This document shows positions 35,646 through 49,302 of a stretch of DNA of 64,000 nucleotides, piece after piece; position 1 is the first letter of the stretch, and the number at the start of each line of letters is the position of its first letter. Below the pieces are notes generated by a model that searched no databases, was not told the DNA's origin, and was given only the letters and a program-made list of their open reading frames with translations. Made by a program: the position numbers and the translations under genes. Source of the stretch: Takakia lepidozioides (taxonomy: Eukaryota; Plantae; Bryophyta); assembly GCA_030704615.1 (NCBI GenBank), contig CM060732.1:19344001-19408000 (forward strand), given 5' to 3'.

Positions 35646-38338
35646 AATATGACAACTCCAGGTGTCACCATGGCGTGCTCAATGGCTGGCCTAGTTGGCA
35701 GTTCCATCAACTGCTGCAGCTTGCCATGGCGCCGCCGTGGCAGTCTTGACCCTCAAATGCGAGGATCCCTCCGGCACTACGCCTCCCACTATCTCCGTAG
35801 AAGATGAAGTAACCTCCCCACTCTCACAGAGTGTCGCTGCCAGCCTGAACACCTCAGCTGATCTTACCCCCGGTGTCGCAATCATGGTAGCCGAGAACAA
35901 TAGAGCGTGACACACAGCTGTGGCCGCCCCCAGGAGCTGAAGCTCCCAACGGGTTGCGATGCATCCCCTCGCAACTTCACCATTCGGCTGCTCCTCATCT
36001 ACCCGCAACAACTAGTTTCGGGCAGAAATACCTGGAGCTGATCATATCATCTCCAACCTACAACATGCTAGCTTCTCATGCGCAGCCCACATTTCTGCAG
36101 CTCCTCAACTTGCCCTGCAGCTGAAGAAGACGACCACCAGTTCGCCCACTCGTGGCCAGCATCTCCTCCGCTTCACACTAGAAGCCCAAACTTGGTTGCC
36201 ATAACGTTGAACTATGCAACGCCGCCCTTCAACATAGGCTACTCGCCTCTCTATCCATTGCAAACCTGCAACCTGTTCACCTTTGCACTCTACCTGCTTT
36301 GGATAGGCTCATGCACGAATCCCTGCACTCTAGGCTGAACCGCTTCTCATGATCTGAAAACACAAGTGCTACAACCAACTCGAATCTGGCACTCACAGAC
36401 TCGAGCTGATCTTTCTCGAGTGATAAAGAAAGAAATGATACAAGCACACAAGCTCTCTCAAACTCACATACTTGCACATGAAAACATCACTCATATATTA
36501 AGTCGAGCCAAGTGCACCCCACGCCATGGGGAATCCACACTACGGCGCCATAGCTAGACGCGGTGAGGCTCAACTCGAGAAATATGAGCCCACCGCGATC
36601 TGCCGTGAAGATAACAACGCCAGGTGCCCAAACATATATTGGTCCCTGGATTGACACTTGGGTCAATCCCAAATATCAATATATAAAAGCTAGCTATTTC
36701 CTAGCTAACTTCACACTAGTGGTAAAATAACTCGACACACGTTACTATGAGATTACAACAAATTAGGATTTGGGATATTTAAATTTTCACATAAAAATTT
36801 TTTACTGGCCTACAAAACTACATTATACTTGCACACCGCCAACACAACTCGGGGGGGGGGCTCCATATTTCTTTTATATATCACGTGCGAAAAAATGGTA
36901 TTTTGTATGGGGTATTATTTAATTTGGTCTTTATCGGCCACCCTATACTTACATAATTTTGTAGAATATTGGATTTTTTGACAGGCTATATTAATTATAT
37001 TTTACTGTTGTTAGCAAATTTCAGGCATACTATGGTAACAATAGAATAAAAAAAAAATTACAGTAGAAATAAGTTCATTAGTTGGTCGAAACAAACTCAT
37101 CCAAAGCTTGGGCATCAGTAGCATTCAAGCTATAAGCATTCTGAACTTTGTCAAAAGTCATAGTAACTGAACTAATGATTGAATCTATGTATATCCATTT
37201 ACTATCTGTTACATCATACTTGAATTTAAGGTGCCCTCTAGATTTCAAGAAATAACTTAAGAGGACCATTACTGTTGTCGTTGGTTTATTGAAAAGATCT
37301 ACTGGCTGCAGAAATATCCTCCACCCTAAACTCAAACTCCCTTGTGAACCAAGTATCATCAATAATTCAAGTCCCCGAATCCAAATCTAGCCCACGTGAT
37401 AAACCAGTAACTACGACGTGTGTCCCAAATATTTATCACGACCCTATTGGTAATTGTAAAAATAAATAAAAATAGTCTATATTCCATACCCTATATTCAT
37501 TTAAATTCCAAAACCATGATATCTTGGTACCCTTTTTTATTTGTAATTGTTTTCTAAATTTTATCTACAACGAATATATTGTACCCTATATTTTTTTGCA
37601 CGTAGTTTCGGAATATTTGGAAGTGGCCCCTCCGAGCAACACAAACACAATATAAATCAAAGAGGGATTGATGATACATAACATTATTATAATATTTGCA
37701 TAACGCTTAAAGCACTAGAGGAAGTAAGAAAGATGAAAGAGAGATGAGCCACAAACAGCCTAAACTTAGCAACTAATGCCATAATTTTGACGATGTCGCC
37801 ATGAACCACTCTTGCCCTAAATTTTTAGGGCTGCCATATGCAGCAAACACAAACGACATGACCACGTTGGGCTGAAGGACACTGTTCAGACTGACATATG
37901 GTACAATTTCAGCTTTGACGACGTCACTATCTTTGTCCTTTTCCAAGGCTGCATGGAATGCATATGCATTGCAAACACAAATGACGTGACCAAGTTGCAA
38001 ATCTGCACTGGTTGTGCACTTGGTTCTGCCTCCCATTGTTGCACTCGTATGTCAAGCCCTCAAGAATATAAATATAAATATAAATATATATATATAGACG
38101 CCTCCCGAAGGGAGCGAGCCCTCAAGATTGTATTGTCTCTCATGTCCAAGGTCAAGTAATGCTTCATGTATTGTTGTTGTGGTGCAAATTGAGAGTTAAA
38201 TATTGTACGCATAAATATGATCTAAACATCAAAGCAAACTTGACGGTGTGAGACTCTTGAGTGGCTTGAGTGATAATGGGTGTTGGTGGTATTTAGAGTA
38301 CCATGCTGTTGACATTTAGGGTGAGGTTATCCCTATTA

Positions 38339-38895
38339 GAGCATCCCCACCCTACGCCTCTATGGACCCCTGTGCACCTGTACTTCTCGTATACAGGTTC
38401 ATATTTGCCTCCAAACGTAGCATACCCTTGCCCCGCTACCGTACATGCCGTTAAGGGCGGACACTGAATCGCCTCTCTTTCACTGAATACGTGCACGATA
38501 TTCAGTCTCCTAAGAGCATCACCACCCTTGAGCCCGAAAAACTCCCTGTAACACCAAAGATAGTGTCATCAATTCAGTGCATGTTGGGTTCTGCGGCGCG
38601 GCAGCCCAACTCGCGCACACCCTTGTCCTTGAATTGCCCACACCATCCCCGCGCACCTCGCCTCCCATTGGCCGGAAGGGCCGAGATCTCCACCAAGATG
38701 GTGACAGGCACGCGCTTGGTCACGTTGACTTCAGGGACGTATTCTGTGCGCAGAATACAGCGCTCAGGTTCAGTGCACGGAACGGTATTCAGTGCGCGCT
38801 TTTCACGGGATATAGGGTTGGGTGGGGGACATTCCCGCCTACCATACCCTCATGTTCCGTTGGCGTGCTGGGTTCAGTGTAGGGTGGGGATGCTC
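38339..38895. mobile_element. PIF/Harbinger (Tourist-like) MITE with two left ends
   Basis: TTA|GAGCATCCCCACCCTAC at 38339, TAA|GAGCATCACCACCCT at 38514, and right end GTAGGGTGGGGATGCTC|TAA at 38895. Confidence 0.8.
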
Positions 38896-40798
38896 TAACC
38901 CGTTCCTGAACCAAGTCGTCCCGACCAAGGATATATCAGAGCGTGTTGGGCCGTGTGAGAAGCTTATGAGAAGCGTGTCAAAGCGTATGAGAACGTCGCT
39001 AGGAACTCAAGCAAGGCGGGGCCCTTTTCTCACAAGCGGCACTGGAAGAGAGCGACGCCTCTTCCACCCACTTTTCCAATATGAAAAGTGACACATAGGC
39101 AAGGGCGGATGTTGCAGCAAACACACGAGTGGAAGTTGATAGACTCCCTTGGTGATCAATCGTGGATTTTCCTGATTTTGTGGAAACCATCGACAGCGTA
39201 GATCTCCGTAGTGAAGAGCTGCGTGAAAGAAGCTCGAGAAGAGAAGAAGGAAGACGTTGGTGGGCCCTGAAACTTGTGAGCATGCAACGGTACTGTTCTC
39301 CGACTCCTGAGCCCAAAACTTATCACTGTGCAGCGTAGTACGCATCATCATGAGAATGGGGATCGCAAGAAGAATGGGGCCCGCTTCTCCGTCGCTGTAG
39401 CGGCGATTGATTGACGCCCACACCAGTCCTCGCCCTCCTCCGTCCTACCCCCCTTCACTTCACTTTCACTACACGATAAAAATTTCTCTCGTGGTTTTTT
39501 TTTTTTTGAAGGCCCGAGAGAGGCCGAAATTCTATTTGTTTTAAATGAGGAAAAAATAACCTCACATGGCAGGCCATGGAGGCTGTGAAGGCTTGTTTTG
39601 AGCAGGAGGAATATGCGGCGTTCCTCACCGTTAGCGCTCTAGAAAAGAAGGGGTATAGTTCAGAAGAGCATGCAATGCAGAAATTGAGGCACACAAACAC
39701 GCAGAGGATGGCACATATGATTCTCACGCCTATTCATCCACTGGCAGAACCCCGAAGACACACAGATGTATACCTTTCATACACGATTTCACCAAAAGAC
39801 CCTTGACCTTAGATCGGGCTAACTTTATACCAGGGTTGAACACGTCAGTGACGTCACGTCACGTCACGTCGGATCTGACGCTGACGCAACCAACGTCACG
39901 TCAGTTTTGCCGGAAAATCAGTAAAACATGAGTTAGGTGAAAAATATGTCACGTAAGGTGGACACGTTGTATTCCAAGCGACACCTTGGCAAGTGAATGA
40001 ATTGTTTTATAAATTACTCCATCCGCCAATAGTTGAGGTCATTTTTAAATCATTATTGTTAAATTGGTGCGATGTCGTGGCCCTTTGCCTTGAGGGCAGG
40101 GGGTCGGGTCGCAAAGGGGCTGCCCCTGTGGTGGGGGCGGTGGCAGCAATAGGTACGGGGGGGCTGAAGCAACCTCGAGTGCCCAAAGCACTCGAGGAGG
40201 CGGAGGCACTCACTAGGTGGAGCCCCGCACACCGGGTTGCGGTGGGGGTGGCTCCACGAGGGGTGGTGATAGCTTAGTGGAACTTAGTGGGGGTGGCATA
40301 GGACTCACCATGGGGGCGGAGACCTTGTGGTGGGAGTCGTGGGGAGTCTTGGGACTCGTCACGGTCCAAGGGGACCGTGGTGGGTGGGCCAAGACTCACC
40401 GGGAATCGAGGGTTTTCGTGGTGGTTCGCCATAAAATGGTGGTGTTGTTTGTGAAACCCCCGCGGACAGTCACAGAAGTATATATAGGGAGTAGTAACCC
40501 CGAGAACGGTGCAAGCCCGTTGGTGTCCAAAAACTAGTGAATAAGCGTGCGAGCCGGAAAGCGACCAAGGTGTGGGGAGCTATTCCGGACTGCCATCGAC
40601 CAAAGGGAATTTCCACTAGGCCCAAATTGGGAGAGGACCCTAAACCCTAAACTGGCCACTGGGAGGAGTAAAGGGGGAGCTCCGAGTAAAGCAGCCGAAG
40701 CTCCGAGTTAGCCCAGTGGCCAGTTTGGGAGTTAGGCGCGCGCATCAAGCGAGTAACTATGACTTGAAGGGGAGCTTACCGAAGTGAGGTGCGCGACA

Positions 40799-41540
40799 TG
40801 CGACCTCCAAATGGTGGTGGTCGCAAAATTTATTTATTTTTTTAATAGTTGCGACCACCAGCAAAGGGGTTGTCGCAATATTTTTTGTTTTTAAAAAATA
40901 GATGCGACCACCAGCAGGGGTGGTCGCATTTTTTTTTTTTCTTAAACAGTTGCGACCACCGCTACTGGTGGTCGCATAATTTTTATTTTATTTGTAATAG
41001 GTACGACCACCATCAGGAGGGTGGTCGCCACATTTTTCTATTTTTTAATATCTGCGACCACCAGCATGGGGGTGGTCGCAACATTTTTCTGTTTTTTTAA
41101 AAGGTGCGACCACCAGCAGGGGGGTGGTCGCAGATTTTTATTTTATTTTATTTTATTTTTGGTTTGATTTTAAAAAATATTCTTTGTGACCACGAGCATG
41201 GGGTGGTCGTAGCATTTTAAAAAAAAAAATAGGTGCGACCACCAGCATGGGGGTGGTCGCAGAAATTTACTATTTGTTTAATAGGTGCGACCACCAGCAG
41301 GGGGGTGGTCGCAGAAATTTTCTGTTTTTTTAATAGGTGCGACCACCAGCAGGGGGTGGTCGCAGCAATTTTTTTTAAAAAATATATATATTTAAAAATA
41401 ATCTCTGTGACCACGAGCATGGGGGTGGTCGTAGCATTTTTCTTTTTTATAATAGGTGCGACCACTAGCATGAGGGTAGACGCAACAGTTTTTAAAAAAA
41501 AATAACATGCGACTTCCTCGTGCGACCTGGAGCGGTCGCA
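40799..41540. repeat. Array of about 13-14 GC-rich palindromes (TGCGACCACC-N-GGTGGTCGCA) separated by AT-rich spacers, period ~52 bp
   Basis: Copies at about 40799, 40850, 40903, 40951, 41002, 41053, 41105, 41185, 41234, 41286, 41338, 41406, 41457 and 41521. Confidence 0.92.
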
Positions 41541-42717
41541 ACATTGGATCTGATTCGTCGAGCATGTGAGGCTTGGAGGCTGGAGGGTATATAAGGTGGT
41601 CCCAATGCCCCTCACTTCTTTTGTGACAAACACTTTTGTGGCGAGTGAATGTTCTCTATTCCTTGAGCAAGAGTGTAAGCCCAAGAGGAGGGTGCGGACT
41701 TTTTGCTGTTGTGGCTTCCACTAGAGCCACTACAACAAATTGTCGAAAAGCACAATACTACATGGTGCATTGATCCACTTGGATTGATGCCGTAGTGTTG
41801 GGCCATCGACCACGTGTTGCAGCTGTGCAAGGTAGAGCGCAGCAGCAGCAGCGGTGTTAGGTATCAGCATCGATCATGCATTCCAGTAGATGCCTATTGC
41901 AGCCTCTGAATCAATAGCCGAATCCGGATTTTGCATGCTTTGGGCAGGCGCAATGCGAGTACTGTGTTCGGATCGCACTGCCAGGTACATCTTCCATGGA
42001 TGAGGCTATCATTGTCGGCCCGGGCCTTGCAGTCTAGTGCTTGTCAAATGCAGGCCCAGATTCAAATTGCCTGTCATTTTCATCAGTTGGGGATTTCTCG
42101 CACCATCGACTTGATGATCCAATCGTGTGTTAGCAAGACTATTAGACCTGTACAGTCTAGTCTGCCTTCTTCAAGTGTGCGCGCGGTATTCACAGTTAGG
42201 TTGTGCTGTGCAAAGGTCAAGTGACCAAGTTAATGTGTGTGGATCTAACGGATAACGTTTTGTCCATTGGACTGCAACCTTTTCCTGGCGCGGTTATGGA
42301 CGCTCGTAAGTAGACCATGGGGGCACCGGAGGGGAATGGTTCAGGAAGGCTATCGATATACATAATTAAGCTTGGTCCGGCTTTGCAGATTGGAGCTGTA
42401 CCAAGCTATTGTCTAGCATGTGATTATACACCTATCTGGAATTCAACTCGTATCAGCTGTCGGAGATGTGTAGAGCTTCTCGAACTGAGGTAGAAGCGGT
42501 GCAGGGCACCCGGTTTTGATACTTTCTGCATTAGGAGCGTCTATGAAATTCACAATAACTGGTGCCCATTACAGTGTTCGGATTATGTTTGTTATGCTCA
42601 CCACCCTGCCCACTGATCGGACAGGTAGGCTTGGCTTCTCCCCCGATCATGTTGTTAAGTTATCTTCAGAGGTAGAACTCGAGACATTTAATCGAATGCC
42701 CGCATATATATAAATAT

Positions 42718-42724
<7 letters not shown>

Positions 42725-42786
<62 letters not shown>
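42725..42786 (+). repeat. (GA)n microsatellite
   Basis: About 31 GA units. Confidence 0.98.
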
Positions 42787-42789
<3 letters not shown>

Positions 42790-43034
42790 TACGAGAAATG
42801 ATACCCGTCAGAATTGTGCCCTCAAGGATTTGTAGCAGTGTAGCAGATTGTGTAGCCCACGTTAGCAGGCAACGATTCACAGTTTTCTGTTGTGGTTCTA
42901 GCAGAGGATCTAAACGGATAAAAATGTACAGATGATCATGAGCTAGTGGGTTCGAGCTTTCACACATTTTTCTCGACGACAATGTTGGGGTTGACAGATG
43001 CGACAGTTTTGCCTTTACTCTCGGGCTTGCGGGA

Positions 43035-44163
43035 TTGAGTACATGCATGCTCGCATTCGTATTGTTGGACAGGGTTTCTGAGCCGCGGAGTCCTTGGCAT
43101 GCGAACAAGATGTGGCATGACGCGACCACCTTCCCTTTGTGCAATATGGACGCTTGCTTTAACTTTTCACGCTGTGATGGCACTAACGAGCTTCTGGTAT
43201 ACAACTACAACGCTCCTGAGCCCCAATCCCCTCCCACCTACTTCGAAGCCTTGCTGTCGTCATGTTGGCATACTTCCGACCCTGAGAAAGATTGTTTGTT
43301 CTTTGTGTTCTCTGACTCCACATCATACACGCATATATTGGGGGGACGGAGACACTCTGGTACTCTTCCCTACTGGAATGGAGGCCTCAATCACGTATTT
43401 GTTACCTTGCGGACAGATGGTCCGAGACTAATCCACCAGCCAACACCATTGGGATGGCATCTATCCTCAGCTCTGCGCTTCATGAGACCACCTACCGACC
43501 TGGATTCGACATTTCAATCCCTCTACCACGTCTGAGGCAGGACGTTCCATCTAAACTCAAGAGCGTGAAGCCCTTTGAGAGGAAGTACTTCGCCACATTC
43601 AAGGGGACCCGCTACCTATCTCGCGAAGGGGCGTTCCGGAGCAGCGTTACCTTCACGAAAATGCACAATGGAGATGATGTGATTGTGGCAACAACATGTC
43701 GGCATGAGACTAACGACAAACTTCTCATATGGCAGCCATGGCAGGGCAAAGACTGCGAGAAAGATCAGCTGAGCTTTGAAAGCTACGATTACGTTGACCT
43801 TCTCAACTCCACGTTTGGGTTGGTCCCTGCAGGCCGTTCTCCGAGCTCCTACCGACTCCTGGAGGTACTGAGCGCCGGTACTATACCTGTTCTAATAGTT
43901 GACAACTATGTGAAACCCTTTGACACTCTCATTCACTGGCATCAATGCGCGTTGCAGTTCCCAACCAGTGAGTTCCACCGCATTCTGCCCACCCTGCGTG
44001 CATTGACCAGAAAGGAGGTTGAGGAAAGGCAGCGCTACTGCCGGTTTGTGTTCGACAAGTACCTGATGGATGAAACTACGCCGGTGAGGTCTGCGAGCGG
44101 TCTTTGAAGGACAGGTTTATGGGCATGCTACCCAATTTTCCTTTGGAGGATCTAGGCTACTAG
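43035..44163 (+). pseudogene. Intronless GT47 exostosin-family glycosyltransferase, EXT1-like, frameshifted
   Basis: CNMDACFNFSRC, HTSDPEKDCLF, LPYWNGGLNH, YRPGFDISIPLP, FKGTRYL, HNGDDVIVATTCRH, STFGLVPAGRSPSSYRLLEVLSAGTIPVL. One frameshift near 43408 and a probable second near 44097. Confidence 0.85.
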
Positions 44164-47100
44164 CTCTCAGCAAATAGGACGTTGGACCTTGAAACCTTAG
44201 GGATCCTTCTCTTCGAAGATGGGTGTTAAGACTGTTACATGAGTTTTTGATCTTGTTCACGAAAACAGATTATGATTTAACACTCCTTGGAAAGAAGCAC
44301 TAGATCAGGCCCAACAAGCATGGAATCAATAATAGACCTGAAGATTTCTCAGTACACATCCCTTCAAAGCGGCTGATGCGCTCACACCTCAGTGACAAGT
44401 AGAAGGCCCAGTCCTCCCCTTTTATTTTATCCGTAAATAAAATTATTCTTCCTCGTTGTAAAGGAAGTTGAGCGTCGGTACGGTGGGCTAACTTCTGTTA
44501 CTACATGAGCTGCGTGGAGAAAGCTAACCCACTCCTACCCAGAGATGAAGGCGCAATGGGTTTCGAGTTCTCCACGTGGGCATCTTTTTTAGAGTATCCG
44601 AGCGGCAAGGGTGATGTAAAGGTAGGCAACCACCTACAAAATGAGAGATACTCCAGTATACTCCTCAGTAATGTATCTTGGTCTTTGTGTGCTTCATCTC
44701 CCGAGGTTTTTAGATCTCAATATGTGGTGTTACGAGACGAGTTATGGTTAGGACTTGGGACATCCTGATCAGTGTGGCACACTGGATCTGCAACTACAGC
44801 CAAGCTCTCGGTGATAACAGACAAGGCCACAGTTCGTCATGATCTGCTAGATCTGTAATTAGATGATCAGTCTTCCAACACCTGACAACGTCTTCGACGC
44901 CTATTTTTCAATCCTGCAGCTTAAAGCTTTACAGAAACTGAAAATGCCTGCCTCAACTCTAGATAGACCAGCGACATACAATCGAACCCTTGGTTGTGCG
45001 CAGGGCTCCACGATATCAGAGCATTCCAACTTGACAGTGCACCTGCAAAACTCCCTTGCAAAGTACATGTATTTGCGATTGGATTGATAAACGCATCGCA
45101 CGATCACTTGTGCAGTCCCATAGTAATAAGTGGGTGTAGTGATGTGGGGGCACGAGTGTTTTGGGCGGCTGCAGGGCCCTTGATTAGACACGGGCAAATG
45201 TAAGTAGTGGACACGAGTAGGTGAGCTGCTCATCATTAAGCAATCCATATCTTATGCCAACGCTAATCTTTACCCTTCAAGCACCTGCGGAGCTAAAACC
45301 AATCTAGCCATCATGCTTCTGTACAGTGCTTCAGGATCTAAGCAGCATTGTTGTGGGTGTCCTGCTCGCAACCCTTGACAGGTATTGGGCATGTACAACT
45401 GAACGCCTCACCATCTTTCAGAGCTAATCATCTCTCACAATCATTCCGCTGAATCTTGCACACTCACATCCTTGTTTACCACAACGTACTTCCCCAAATA
45501 CCTCCGATTATGAGTATACATGTATTGAAAACTCAGATCCCTAAGCTTGACTTCATTTTCCCGACGTGTATGGAATCTATATCAGATTTACAACTGTACA
45601 ATGTTGCTTTTAGTTTGCAGCTACCGACTATGGTTTGGAGTTTGCACAATGTTGTCACCTTTGTAGGTACCTACCAGTTCCGGGTATGTATCTTTCTAAT
45701 TTTATGATACTTACCCTCTGGTTCAGGATATGGGGCGAGTTTATTGGGTCTCATTTCTTAATACCCACCGGTTCTAGCTTGTCATTGATCACCATGATAC
45801 CCAAAACTTCATCCAGGGCAACTGTCCCCTGTTCATTCAAAAAAAAAAAAAAAAGATACCCTCTTTGGACCATGGAATTGATATGTCATGGAAAGCACAG
45901 TGCAAGTGAGATTTCAATGATCATAGACTATTTCACCCTCCAAAATGGCTTTGGTTCATGTGTTATGCAGCTAAATCGCACCAGAGGTGGGAGTTGAGTA
46001 CTCAGATCCGTCCGATTATGCCAATCAAGGGTTGAAATCAGATACAGCAAAAGCCCTATACATGCTTTGTAGTATGAAATGAACACAACACATCAACACC
46101 ACATTCACACACACCACCAAATTCTGAATCCAAAAACAACCTCTCTGCCTTCTTTGTGAGATTACCGCTTACAACCAGATCTTGTGACCTCAGTGCCCCA
46201 CCACTTGAATGTGTAGTCTTAAGATAAATACTGTAGCAGTTGGATAGAGGTATAAGTTAACTATCCTGGGAGGATGATGGCCTCCACACTGCATAGACCA
46301 AAAACAGAGTGACTGTTAGATGAAAAATGTCAATGTTTGAACCCCAACTTGTGCACATTGGGAGACTTGAAATGTGAGAGAGAGACACTTAGAAGCAGCA
46401 AAGTGGGGGTGTGAGCAGCTCAGTGGGGCGGGCAGGAGACAGTGCGTGGGCATTCCATTTCCAGCGTAGGGCGCATGCCTGCGGTTTTTTGCTCGCCTCT
46501 ACAACCCAAGTAAGCGTTCGATTTTGTACTCATGGTTGATTAAGAATCTCTGGAAGGACCATTTGTAGACCGGAGAGCCATTTTTCATCTCCTCTCTGTA
46601 AAGCCCTTGTGGACTCGAGGTGAGTGGCAGTGTTGCATTTGTGCGAAATTGGGGGCCAGAGCAGCAGGGCTGGAATCAACATTGTGTTTTTATAGCATGA
46701 AAGGGGTGGCTGTACCGGTGCGTACAGCCAACAATCCTTTCCATGTAAGCGGATTGTCGTTGGGTTCTGCAGCTTCGGGCTGAGCTTCCATACGCTGGTG
46801 GGTAGAAACCCCACAGCAGGCTCCCAGAGGTTTGATACCCCTTGGGCACTTTGCCCTCAGCGGTGCGTCCTGGCCAACTATGGTGCTCAGCCTGATTGTT
46901 TGCATTCAACTTACGCTTGTTCGCTGGTTTCTAGCCTCATGGGTCTAGGTTTTTGAGTGAAAGACAATGTATATGTAAATTGCCAGATTGTAGGTCATCT
47001 CCACTATCACTCAGCGTGGTCCCACCAGCGCTAAACTAGGATCTCCTGTGATACTCTGAATCAGCTCAGCATCAGCTCTTCTCAACTTTGCGCCCAAGTC

Positions 47101-49302
47101 CAACCCTCGCAAACTGATTCAAATCTTGGGCATTGGTAACAGATCTGTTATTAATGGTTTCCAGACATTTGAATAGGACATGCCAGGCCTCATGCATCTT
47201 TTCACCATTTCAATGATCATGAACTTACATAGCTTAGGCATACTTGATACATCTTCTGATGCTGGGCAATGTTGACTGAAGACACCCTTTTGCCCTCTCT
47301 ATGTTAAGTATTGTAGCACAGAGGCGTAAGAGTAGCACAAACATCTATGGTCTATTAGTAAGAATGATAGAAGTGAAAACCATCATGGCATATGCACTCC
47401 ATATGTTTGAAGTAAGTTATGCAGAAGTTATGTTAGGTGTGTTAAACTTACTGAAGCATCACACATTTTCAAAAAGAGGTTTCAGGAAGAACCCTTCTCT
47501 CAACATTCGGAAGTTTATTTTCTATTATTTGCTTAGGGGGCTTTGGTTTTGAATTTAGGGCATTTCTGAGGCTTATGATTACTGTTGTGACGGGAAATGC
47601 AAATGTAGTGGACTTTTCCAATGTTCTGTTAGATGGCGGCATGTATATGCTGAGATCTCAGCACAAAATACCTGGCCATGTTCGTTGTGTGTAGAGTAAC
47701 CCCAACCCATGAAGGTGTGCAACACTTCAAATCTAATCTCAGAACTGCAGGACCCAAATTGAAAGGCATCAACAGTGTAGGTTAATAATATGGAAAGATG
47801 TCAACTGTGACTGTTAAATTTTACAAAGGAAATGTTAAATGCAACCATATCTAGTCAGGGATGCTCATAAAATTTTCATTAGAATCACTGAAGTTCATGT
47901 ATGTCAACCACAGACAGCATGCAGAACAAAATCTGGATGACGGCTGCATTCACACTGGACCAGTGGGCAAAGTTGAAGATGGGTATTCTATGTGGTTCCA
48001 GATAGTCTGGCTTTTCATTTCTTTATTTTCCAGGTGTGGGCATCTCATACCTGCGAAACTGGCAGTGGAGGGAGAGTGCGAAGGGATGGCTACGGCCACT
48101 GTAGTTCGGCGCTCAGCCCGGCTTGCTGCCACCAGACTTGGTGATTCCGGTATTGTTCATGACAACAAAAATATCTCCGAACACCTTCAAAAAGATAATG
48201 TGCTGGCTGAAGTCTCCTGGATTTTCAATGCAACTGACAGACATAGGTTCCTGTCATGTAATCAGTGACAATGGCAAATACAGTGATGACGTTGTTGGCA
48301 AGCTACTGTAGAATCAATATAGAATGCCACAAATTGTGCAGAGAAGATTCGATGGCTCATTCCCACAAACAAACTGAGGGCATCTAACATCCTTTTATGC
48401 CCCACACTCTAAAGCTTCAGTGACCATCTGCCCCATGTACTTTCCTTGAGTCACTATCAGGCTTGTGAGTGTGTTGCTGTACATGCTTATACTGTCGATC
48501 TTGCCCAGGTTATTGCTTCAAGTCTGGGGCAGCTAAATGGTTTCTAGTGCAATGACAGGGCAGCTGATAGTACAAAGACGTGCTGAGTTAGTGCCTTATG
48601 CAAGGCCTAGCTCCAGGGGCCGCAGTATATCAGGAGATAGAGCAGGCACCTGCAATGATAGGCATAAGGGAAGTCCACTGGATGGGGTTGTCCCCTTACA
48701 AACTGAAATTGCAGTGGAGGAAATGGAAACAGTGGTCACCATTGATTTGAAAGAGCACAAAACCAAGCAAATAGCTGTGCGGCACACAAAACCCTTACCA
48801 AGCAGAGATATGGAGGTAAATGCAACAACTTTACCCCGTTCGAACTCTTCCTCAATTTCCTTGTGTGTCATGATTGGCACTCTTTATGCATCTGTCTAAG
48901 CTTTGTGTGATGTGGAATCTTCGCCTCTTGCGTAGATTCCGATGAATAGATACAGAGGACAATACCAAGAAAACAACAAGATGTACCTGAAGAGGAAATT
49001 GTACAGAGGAAATTGTAGACTTTGGCTCATGGAAGAGAGGGTCCACTAAGAAGATAGAACCTCCGTTTTGCTTCATATCCAGTCAGGAGAAGGCTCAATG
49101 CACCAAGCAAGCAATTCCACTGTACGTATGTGAGATTACACTCTGCTGAAGATTTAGTTGAGTCCCACTACTACTGGAAATGCATTCCGTAATCTTTGGA
49201 CCCTGGCAGCCAAGTGCTAAAGAAAGAAGTTTGACTGGTGATGGCTCACATTCAATTTTCTGGGGCTTCCATTTGTGTATTCTGTTGGGTGTTGTGATCC
49301 AG

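Noticed and set aside
35650-36640. Possible LTR or retroelement segment
   Set aside because: There is no second copy, PBS or TG..CA boundary that I can support.
37078-37362. Possible transposase C-terminal fragment (RGHLKFKYDVTDSKWI...)
   Set aside because: It looks protein-like but has no diagnostic motif, so it cannot be assigned without a search.
38999-39423. Minus-strand ORFs as a gene
   Set aside because: No recognisable domain or splice structure.
40799-41540. CRISPR array
   Set aside because: The context is eukaryotic and there are no cas genes. The spacers are low-complexity A/T tracts related to one another rather than unique sequences.
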